Both the position numbers and the translations under genes were made by a program. A stretch of DNA of 64,000 bases, taken from contig JAGCGA010000007.1 in assembly GCA_017649855.1 (NCBI GenBank), positions 65,339 through 129,338 of the forward strand. The letters are read 5' to 3'. Origin of the DNA: Bacteroidales bacterium. Lineage in GTDB: Bacteria; Bacteroidota; Bacteroidia; Bacteroidales; WCHB1-69. The notes below the pieces were generated by a model. The model did no database searches, was not told where the DNA came from, and saw only the letters and a list, made by a program, of their open reading frames with translations. Positions 56,849 to 64,000 of the stretch are shown in pieces (position 1 is the stretch's first letter; each line of letters begins with the position of its first letter).

Positions 56849-57937
56849 TCAGAGCGTCAGTTCCTGAACGGCACCGAGTTCAGCGATGAGTAGATGAAGG
56901 CCATACTGGTCGCGGGCGCGGACCTCATTGTCGAGTGGCTCGTCCCACGCATGGCGGGCGAGGGCATATTTGGAGTGGTGGACGGTGATAACCTTGGAGG
57001 CGTGCAGGTCGAGGGCTTCGGGGCCGAGTTGGTCAGGCATCGTATGGATGGTGCTCCAGTGCTCGTCATACTGGCCGTTTTCGAGGATGGCGAGCCGTAT
57101 GTTGGGGAAGCGGGTGCCGATCTCCTTGAAGTGGGGTCCGTAGCCGCCGTCGCAGCCGGCGAAGATGCGGCCGTAGGGGGTGTCGAGGAGGAAGGCGGCC
57201 CAGAGGGTGTTGTTGCGGCGCAGGGCACGGCCGGAGAAGTGCTGGGCAGGCAGGCAGTGGATCCCCCACCCCTCCTCCAGCGGGAGCTGATCGTTCCAGT
57301 CCATCTCGAAGATCCTACCGGGCTCCATGCCCCAGCGTTCCAGATGGGCGCCCACCCCCAGGGGGCAAACCACCCGGCGCACGCGTTCCCGCAGACGCAG
57401 GAAGGTCTTGTAGTCGAGATGGTCGTAGTGGTCGTGGGTGATGAGCAGCACGTCGATGGTGTCGGGCATCTCCTCAGGCGTATAGGCCATAGTGCCCGGG
57501 AAGGCCTTGTTGACGAAGGCGAAAGGCGATGCCACACAGAGGGTCGGGTCCACCAGGATGGTGGTGCCATGGAGCGACAGCAGATAAGAGGAGTGGCCGA
57601 ACCAGACGTAGTAGTCCTTGTCGGCCGGCAGGTGCTTCAGATCTTCATGCGCCATCTTCAGGGGGTGCGGAGGCACGAGGGTCTTCTTCTTGCCAAAGAG
57701 CATCTTGCGGACGACCTTCATCAACTGGTGAAACGACATCTTCATCTCCACGCCTCCCAGATTGTGGAAGCAGCCATCGTGAAAGTTCGGGGAGCGACGC
57801 ATCCGCGCCAGCCTAGGGCCCGCAGGGGGCTTGCCAAACTGGGGCAGATGGATGACAATAGGAGCAAAGATGGCGAACAGGACGACCGCCAAGATCAAGA
57901 TCGCTATCAGCAGTATCAGTAGTGTACCTGTGATCAT
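56849..57937 (-). CDS. MBL-fold metallo-hydrolase (NAPE-PLD-like) with N-terminal TM
   Basis: LLITHDHYDHLD (HxHxDH). Confidence 0.75.
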   Translation of the reverse strand: MITGTLLILLIAILILAVVLFAIFAPIVIHLPQFGKPPAGPRLARMRRSPNFHDGCFHNLGGVEMKMSFHQLMKVVRKMLFGKKKTLVPPHPLKMAHEDLKHLPADKDYYVWFGHSSYLLSLHGTTILVDPTLCVASPFAFVNKAFPGTMAYTPEEMPDTIDVLLITHDHYDHLDYKTFLRLRERVRRVVCPLGVGAHLERWGMEPGRIFEMDWNDQLPLEEGWGIHCLPAQHFSGRALRRNNTLWAAFLLDTPYGRIFAGCDGGYGPHFKEIGTRFPNIRLAILENGQYDEHWSTIHTMPDQLGPEALDLHASKVITVHHSKYALARHAWDEPLDNEVRARDQYGLHLLIAELGAVQELTL

Positions 57938-57945
57938 AATCGCGA

Positions 57946-57953
57946 CAAAAGTA
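57946..57953 (-). promoter_or_regulatory. -7 box TACTTTTG
   Basis: 9 nt upstream of the ATG at 57937. Confidence 0.4.
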
Positions 57954-58090
57954 TTCTACAGTTTAGCATAAGAAAACAGATACATAACGGGAAAAGGCGC
58001 TGTTTATTGTGCCTGTCGGCATCTCCGGTCTTTTTTCACAGTAGCCATACCAAGGCTGCGGATTATTTATTCGCCATACGGAAAAAATAT

Positions 58091-58098
58091 TATTTTTG
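58091..58098 (+). promoter_or_regulatory. -7 box TATTTTTG
   Basis: 27 nt upstream of the ATG at 58125. Confidence 0.4.
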
Positions 58099-58124
58099 CA
58101 CCCATAATCATAAATACAAGCGCC

Positions 58125-58442
58125 ATGTCTTTCATCGTCATTTCCCTTTTGATCATCATCCCCTTCTTTGCCGGGATGGTCTATTTCATGTATCGCTATA
58201 TGTTATCCAAATTCCGGGGCGTGAAAGAGCGCAGCTATGATTTGACGGGGATGATTTTCCTGCTGATCGTGTTCTGCAGCGGCGGGACCAGCTTTGTGGG
58301 CCGACTGCTGGAGACGGCGGTTCCGGATCCCAATCATCGGATACTCCTCTCTTTGCTCATCACCGTGGTGTTCACCCTCGCGACCTATGTGGTCACCAGG
58401 GGGTGTGCCAAGCGCAAGGTGTCACGGGAAAAAGAGGCTTAG
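58125..58442 (+). CDS. small membrane protein (3 predicted TM)
   Basis: 105 aa, three hydrophobic stretches. TAnnTTTG box 27 nt upstream. Confidence 0.45.
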   Translation: MSFIVISLLIIIPFFAGMVYFMYRYMLSKFRGVKERSYDLTGMIFLLIVFCSGGTSFVGRLLETAVPDPNHRILLSLLITVVFTLATYVVTRGCAKRKVSREKEA

Positions 58443-60434
58443 CTATTCGCCTTGGAGGATTGCGCGCAGCTCCTCCACAGAGAAGCAGACCTTGCGGACG
58501 CGCGGGGCACGCACGTGCTTACGCTTCGGGGACTTCGGCACGACAGGGGGCTCCGAGAAGCGCTGACATATTCCATAGCCCGCCATCACACAATACTGAA
58601 GGAGCATCTGCCCGGTCGGATCCTCAATCGCCAGACTGCTATGGACATTACTCCGAAGATCTTCCATACTATTCATAAAGAAATAGTCGGCCAGGTCGGC
58701 ACGAATAGTATAATAGTAAATCAACTGATCATGGCTAATTACCAGCGAGTCAATTCTTCCAAAGTTGGGAATCTCCATCGGGCAATAGCGATTGTTCGAC
58801 CTCACTATCAGGGACAAGGCGTTACGGCTTTCGAACAGCGGATCGCCGTCGTTCGTCAGCAAAAAGCGAACCTCTTGGGGAGAGTAGGTAAATTGGAGGG
58901 AGTCCTGGGTGGGGACATACAGATAATGCAGCTGGATTCCCAGGCCGAGTTGGACGATATATTGGCCGAACTCATTCCGGCTTTCTGTTCGTAACGCGAA
59001 TTCCATCAACTCGTCCAGGCCGGCTGTATCCAAAAAGTCCAGCACTTCTTCCTTCATCTCGTAATAGAAATGCACTGTCTCCCCATCATATACAACCTTG
59101 GTCATCATCACACTGCCAGCAGGGATCGGGCACTGTTCATTGACCAACTCCACTAATTGATTGAAGTCTGCCTGTTCCAGCTTTGCCATGGCTGCCGTCT
59201 GCAGATCCTCATGGGAATAAAACGCCTTGGGTTCCGCATTTTGCAATTCATCCACGCTCATTATGACCTCAGAATAACGACGAGTTTTATTCTCCACGAA
59301 TACCAAACGCACCCCTTTCAACAGTTTGTAACAATGTTCCAGCGTATAGACCTTATTGCCTTTGACCGCAGGAGGAAACTCTTCCAACAATAGATAAGCC
59401 CAATGCGAAAGCAGGATATCTTTGAGCGCCGTGGCTGCTTGCTGATCCATCACCTTCTCATCTTCATAGGTAAGAACAAGCTGAAGGATATCATCCTCAT
59501 AATCGAATTCCATATCCATCAACTCCTCGTCACGAGCAATCATTTCTTTCCGTGAATTTTCTAAATCCTCACGAAAGAACTCTTTCAGATAGGTTCGCAT
59601 CTCATCATCGGAAGCCTCCTGCAGGTGTTCTGACTGCGCCATCAATTGCTGCAATTGCTCGTTGGGAAAATCCAGCTTGAAAGAGCGAGTATGGTCCGCA
59701 TCCCAATACAAGAATCGCAGTCCGTAACCAGCATAGAACAAAGCGCTTGTGAATGGATGATTGAAGAGAAGCACATTGGTGATGTTCTTTTTCGTCACAT
59801 CCAACCCAGGAAGCACTTCCTCATCCCAAGAGAGCGGAACTCTCAACGAATAGGAATAGGTCAGCCAGGAATCTACCAACATGACCGTATCCATAGAGAA
59901 CACATCGTCCTCGGGTTCTCTCTCTTGATTCTCCGTATAGATCTGTCTGGCCACCAGATAGCGAGCCACCCACTGGTCGGAATTTTTATATTCGGGTTTG
60001 TCGCTGTCTTTCAGAAACTGCCGGACCTCCTCCGCCGAGTAACGCAAGGTAATGACACTATCATTTTCCATCAAGCGAAACACATAGACAAGACCTCCTT
60101 TCACATCTTCTTTTAAAGGAATATAGAATGCACCAAACGGTTCCAGCCACTCTTGATATCGAAGTCTATCGGCAAAGTGCTGTCTCAGGGTCACGCTATC
60201 AAATCCCGCCAGATCACTCTCCTCTATCGTTGCATAGAAACAGAGGGAGCCTTCTTTGAAACGGAAATCAGTAATGATGCAGTCTTCCATTTGAATGGGA
60301 CATACAGCATCCGCCGTTTGGTTGATTCGCTGGGCATATTGCGAAGTGGTAGGCTGCGCCTGCACATCCATACACAGCAGACACACCCACGCACAGACGA
60401 GCCAGCCACCCCACGAAAAATGTTGATCAGACAT
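58443..60434 (-). CDS. secreted protein of five tandem ~130-aa modules, unknown function
   Basis: Signal-like N-terminus. Five module ends: RYSAEEVRQFL, DFPNEQLQQLM, IMSVDELQNA, TYSPQEVRFLL, CFSVEELRAIL. Confidence 0.65.
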   Translation of the reverse strand: MSDQHFSWGGWLVCAWVCLLCMDVQAQPTTSQYAQRINQTADAVCPIQMEDCIITDFRFKEGSLCFYATIEESDLAGFDSVTLRQHFADRLRYQEWLEPFGAFYIPLKEDVKGGLVYVFRLMENDSVITLRYSAEEVRQFLKDSDKPEYKNSDQWVARYLVARQIYTENQEREPEDDVFSMDTVMLVDSWLTYSYSLRVPLSWDEEVLPGLDVTKKNITNVLLFNHPFTSALFYAGYGLRFLYWDADHTRSFKLDFPNEQLQQLMAQSEHLQEASDDEMRTYLKEFFREDLENSRKEMIARDEELMDMEFDYEDDILQLVLTYEDEKVMDQQAATALKDILLSHWAYLLLEEFPPAVKGNKVYTLEHCYKLLKGVRLVFVENKTRRYSEVIMSVDELQNAEPKAFYSHEDLQTAAMAKLEQADFNQLVELVNEQCPIPAGSVMMTKVVYDGETVHFYYEMKEEVLDFLDTAGLDELMEFALRTESRNEFGQYIVQLGLGIQLHYLYVPTQDSLQFTYSPQEVRFLLTNDGDPLFESRNALSLIVRSNNRYCPMEIPNFGRIDSLVISHDQLIYYYTIRADLADYFFMNSMEDLRSNVHSSLAIEDPTGQMLLQYCVMAGYGICQRFSEPPVVPKSPKRKHVRAPRVRKVCFSVEELRAILQGE

Positions 60435-60442
60435 ATAAAAAG

Positions 60443-60586
60443 TTGTCAGTTGTCAATTATCAGTTGTCAGTTTTAGTCAATGTTCAAAGTCAAAGTCAAT
60501 GTTCAAAGTTCAAAGTTTCCGGTTTCAAGATGAAATAGCTAATAGCCAATGGCTAACAGCTAACAGCCAATGGCCAACAGCCAAAC
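60443..60586. repeat. composite element in inverted orientation (C'-A'-B')
   Basis: TTGTCAG TTGTCAA TTATCAG TTGTCAG (60443-60470). GTCAATGTTCAAAGTCAAAGTCAATGTTCAAAGTTCAAAG (60476-60515). Seven heptads GCTAATA..GCCAAAC (60538-60586). Confidence 0.9.
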
Positions 60587-62233
60587 CTAAAGATTCACAT
60601 TCTGGTCCTTCGGGTACTTCACGCTGTAGGAGACGCTGAAGGTGCGGGTCTCGCCGGCCTTGAGTTCCATCTCCCAGGTCAGGACGCCAATGCCCTCCTT
60701 GTTATAGGTAGCGGCGGGAGTCACATCGCCCAGCTTGACCTCGATGTCCTTGTTGTTGGAGATCGGATACTGCTCCTTGAGCGTCAGCTTCACAGGCTTG
60801 GTCTGGTTGTTTTTGACCGTGATCTGGTATGCCTGGGTGACGGTCGTGGTGTTCCCCACATGCTTGGTGCTACAGTAGTTGCTCATCTTCTCCCGTTTGA
60901 CGGAGATGCGTGGGTCGGTGGTCAGCGTCAGCGATATATGCTCATCGGTCACATTGGGGCGCAGGAAAGTCTTGCCCACGAAAGTGTTCTCGAAGGTCAC
61001 GGTAGCGTAGCCCGGCAACAGGTTGTATTGTTCATAGTCGGACAGGTCGGCGATGAGGTAGGTCTCGTCAGACAGCTTCGGGGCGCTGTAGTACTTGTAG
61101 TCGGCCTTGATGTCGTAGCTCTTCAGGTCGATGAGCTGCTCTTTGCCGTTGCCGGGGATGTCGTAGGGCACCGAGATATTGTAGTTGACGGCCACCTCCT
61201 GCATATCCACGTCCACGTAGTCGTCCATCACCAGCGGCGCGGTGGGCGTCCTGGCAGAGGAACTCTCGGCATCTTTGGCCGAGACGCCTTCCAGAGAAGC
61301 AGTCGCGTATGTGACACTATTGCTTCTGGCTTGCACCCCATCCACAATGTAGGATTTGCCCTGACGATGAGGATTGTAAAAGCTGAGGAACCACGTCTTG
61401 AACACGGGGGCCTCCTTCGTGCGGTTGGGCGTGGCGTTGGAGAGTGTCAGTTTCACGTTGTTCCAGTCGATGCCCGTCACCTGCGTCACCTGGGCTTTGG
61501 ATTTCAGCACCACAGGCTTGTCCATGGAGGCGATGTTGATGTCGTAGCAAGGCACCCAGCTGGCCATAACGGTAAAATAGGAGATGGTGAACACCGTGTT
61601 GACCGTCTGCGGCACGCTCACGGTGAGGCGAAGCACGCCCGTGCGCTGCTTGTCTTTGGACTGATCCTGGGAGATCTGCCGCTGAAGACGTTTCACCGTC
61701 TCGTCCAGCTTGGCGATTTTGAGGTTATCCTGGTCGATGCTATGCTGCAGCGGGGCAGCCTTCGACTTATAGAGTTCCATGTTGGCGTTGATGTCGGCCA
61801 CGGAAACGGTGCCATCCTTCTGACTCATATTGTTGAGGGTGCCGTCGGTGAGCATCTTGAGCAGATGGGTATGGACGGTCAACTCGTCCTTAGCCTCCTG
61901 CAGCTGGCGTTTGTAGGAGTACAAGGAGTCTTGCAACTTCTTGATGCGGGCGCTCTCTTCCTTGGGGGTGATATAATCGTTGGAGAACTCAGAGGCGGAG
62001 ATGAGCACGCCGTTGGCGGAGACCTTCAGGCTGGCAATCTCAATATCGGGGCTCAGCCCATTGATCATGACATCATAGCTTCCGCTCTTCAGCGAGGCGG
62101 TGGCCGTATGGGTCAGGGCGGCGCCTTGCAGATAGACGGTGGCATGGTCAATCTTGGCGGTAAACTCATTCTGGGCAAAAAGGGCGGAGAGAGCCCCTGC
62201 AAAAAGCATAATCGTGAGCAGAACTTTTTTCAT
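60587..62233 (-). CDS. DUF4139 / mucoidy-inhibitor MuiA-like protein
   Basis: Signal peptide. N-terminal VTVYLQGA-type start (ATVYLQGAALTH), central coiled coil, C-terminal beta domain. Start at MKKVLL (62233). Confidence 0.6.
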   Translation of the reverse strand: MKKVLLTIMLFAGALSALFAQNEFTAKIDHATVYLQGAALTHTATASLKSGSYDVMINGLSPDIEIASLKVSANGVLISASEFSNDYITPKEESARIKKLQDSLYSYKRQLQEAKDELTVHTHLLKMLTDGTLNNMSQKDGTVSVADINANMELYKSKAAPLQHSIDQDNLKIAKLDETVKRLQRQISQDQSKDKQRTGVLRLTVSVPQTVNTVFTISYFTVMASWVPCYDINIASMDKPVVLKSKAQVTQVTGIDWNNVKLTLSNATPNRTKEAPVFKTWFLSFYNPHRQGKSYIVDGVQARSNSVTYATASLEGVSAKDAESSSARTPTAPLVMDDYVDVDMQEVAVNYNISVPYDIPGNGKEQLIDLKSYDIKADYKYYSAPKLSDETYLIADLSDYEQYNLLPGYATVTFENTFVGKTFLRPNVTDEHISLTLTTDPRISVKREKMSNYCSTKHVGNTTTVTQAYQITVKNNQTKPVKLTLKEQYPISNNKDIEVKLGDVTPAATYNKEGIGVLTWEMELKAGETRTFSVSYSVKYPKDQNVNL

Positions 62234-62309
62234 GATAAGCAAATATTAAATGAAACAATATTTGAAACGGCTAAAATATCAAAATATTACAATAGATAAA
62301 TAAATATTG

Positions 62310-62317
62310 TAATTTTG
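62310..62317 (+). promoter_or_regulatory. -7 box TAATTTTG
   Basis: 32 nt upstream of the ATG at 62349. Confidence 0.4.
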
Positions 62318-62348
62318 CCGTTTCATTCACCCATCGACATTTATCCTG

Positions 62349-63935
62349 ATGAATCAAGAACAGACTAGCCACGCCCTCGCCCGCACCATGGCCGTTCTTT
62401 TTGGCTGTGTGACAGGGTTCATACTGATCCTCAACCTGTTGAAATCGTGTTTCCCACGAGTGTTATACCAATACTACCAGTTGGAGACGCTGCTCCCCCA
62501 CCCTGTGCTGATGTTGACAGGCCTGGTCGTGCTGACCGGCCTCTTTCTCCTCATCAGGACCATCGGGAGGAGGTGCCACCCCGCGCGCTGGTGGAAGCTG
62601 TCGGAGCGGAGCACCTTGTTGCTGGCGGGCGCACTCTTCTTCGTGACCCAGATGTATCTCATCTACAACTATTGTTTTGAGACCGACTGGGATGTACAGG
62701 TGCTGTTGGACTCGGCGCGTTGTCTGGCCAATGGTCAGCGCCCGAACCATAACGGATGGTACTATAGCTGCTACCCCAACAACCTGTTCCTGACCGCCAT
62801 CTTCGGGGTCATCCTCTGGATCACCAAGCCCTTGCATCTGGGGGCGCTCGACTTCCTCTCCATCGTGGCGGTGCAGAGTCTGTTCTGCGTCGTGACCGGC
62901 TGGATGCTCTATCAAATCATGGTACATCGATGGAAGCGTCGCGACCTGGCCTGTTTCGGCATGGCACTCTACCTGCTACTGGTGGGCCTGTCGCCCTGGA
63001 CCTCCATCCCCTACTCGGACGCTTGGGGCTTGTTGTTCCCCATCGCCGCCCTGTGGGCGTACGACTGCTCCGCACTGAAGGAGAAGCCTTTCCTCCGTTG
63101 GTTCCTCATCATCTTCTGCGCGCTCTTCGGATTCAAGATCAAGCCGCAGGTTATCTTTGTGCTCCTCAGCATCTTGGGCGTGGACCTGGGTATCGCTTGG
63201 CTGCATCGCAAGGAGAGAGGGCTGATCCAAGCATCCACCCGCCGCAGTCTGCTCGGTGGCGTGGCCGGGGCGGTCGCTGTCCTGCTGCCCGTCTTCCTCA
63301 TCAACTCGGTCTCGCACATCGGGCACTACAAAGACTCCCGGTTTGGGGCTCCGCACTTCCTGATGATGGGCTTGAACCGGGAATCCATCGGCGACTACAG
63401 CGACTACGACGTCATCTTCGCCCGGCAGTTCACCACCGCCCGCGAGCGCGACAAGGCAGAACTCAAGGAGAGTTGGAATAGACTTCGCGAGATGGGCCCG
63501 AAAGGGTTTGGACAGCTCGTCTGCGAGAAGACGCTGGTCAACTATTACGACGGCACCTTCTTCTGGGGCAAGGAGGGCTACTTCTACAAGACCGTCTTCC
63601 CTGAGCGCAACCGGCACCTGTCGCCGTTCCTGCGCAAGCTATACTACAACCGGACCATCCATGGGGCCTACTACCCCTACTGGTGCAGCGGGGCCACCGC
63701 CATCTGGCTCGGTGCGCTGGCGCTGATGTTCTTCGCCGCCTTCGGCCGGCCGGACCGTCTGACGTTCATCGTGATGCTGAGTCTGTTGCTGCTGACGCTC
63801 TACGAGACCTTCTTCGAGGCCCGCGCCCGCTACCTGTACGCCTACCTCCCCTTCTACATCTTCCTGGCAGTGCAGGGCATCCGCCAACTGGAGCAGGGAG
63901 TCTCCCGGCTTCGGCACAGAAAGCGCCAGGAATAG
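62349..63935 (+). CDS. polytopic GT-C-like (family 39-like) membrane glycosyltransferase candidate
   Basis: 528 aa, at least 10 TM segments, loop with DWDVQ after TM3/4. Weak call. Confidence 0.4.
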   Translation: MNQEQTSHALARTMAVLFGCVTGFILILNLLKSCFPRVLYQYYQLETLLPHPVLMLTGLVVLTGLFLLIRTIGRRCHPARWWKLSERSTLLLAGALFFVTQMYLIYNYCFETDWDVQVLLDSARCLANGQRPNHNGWYYSCYPNNLFLTAIFGVILWITKPLHLGALDFLSIVAVQSLFCVVTGWMLYQIMVHRWKRRDLACFGMALYLLLVGLSPWTSIPYSDAWGLLFPIAALWAYDCSALKEKPFLRWFLIIFCALFGFKIKPQVIFVLLSILGVDLGIAWLHRKERGLIQASTRRSLLGGVAGAVAVLLPVFLINSVSHIGHYKDSRFGAPHFLMMGLNRESIGDYSDYDVIFARQFTTARERDKAELKESWNRLREMGPKGFGQLVCEKTLVNYYDGTFFWGKEGYFYKTVFPERNRHLSPFLRKLYYNRTIHGAYYPYWCSGATAIWLGALALMFFAAFGRPDRLTFIVMLSLLLLTLYETFFEARARYLYAYLPFYIFLAVQGIRQLEQGVSRLRHRKRQE

Positions 63936-63944
63936 CCCGCCTCG

Positions 63945-64000
63945 TTACTGATTCTGTAATTTCTCCTCCACGATCTCCACGCTCTTCTTCAAGTACTGCG
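63945..64000 (-). CDS. C-terminal fragment of unidentified protein (gene continues beyond right edge)
   Basis: Own translation of the minus strand: ...QYLKKSVEIVEEKLQNQ then TAA (63945-63947). Confidence 0.3.
   Translation of the reverse strand, partial: QYLKKSVEIVEEKLQNQ

Overview
This is a 64-kb chromosomal window from a Bacteroidota (Bacteroidales-type) genome. The taxon is inferred from a T9SS C-terminal sorting domain, BatD/GldH/DUF-family content, TAnnTTTG -7 promoter boxes and very short leaders. The window is dense core genome. It holds recJ-dnaA, glyA, nadA, pyrF-pyrK-pyrD-cdd, galE, malic enzyme and mfd. It also holds a nine-gene co-directional block: yidC, PUR-like DUF3276, parA, parB, DUF5683, dapB, lepB, nucleoside kinase, DUF2520. 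About 15 poorly characterised envelope proteins fill the rest. I recognised no rRNA, tRNA, CRISPR array, transposase or integrase. The most unusual signal is non-coding. Six gene-end loci carry a modular family of short tandem repeats: A = 13-mer TTTGACYTTGAAC, B = heptad GCYRTTR, C = heptad CTNNNAA. Each locus has at least one array end within 0-8 nt of a stop codon, and in five cases an array contains the stop codon itself. Other items are listed here. (1) A SatD-like / DUF3307 / CPA2-antiporter operon preceded by three tandem 29-bp units, each holding TTATAAG-N8-CTTATAA. (2) A 28-bp perfect palindrome. (3) A 663-aa secreted protein built from five modules of about 130 aa. (4) A PUR-like gene translationally coupled to parA. 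(5) Orphan lysine-fermentation genes (CoA-transferase A subunit, kdd). All functional calls rest on motifs I recognised in the supplied translations. No database search or computation was run.
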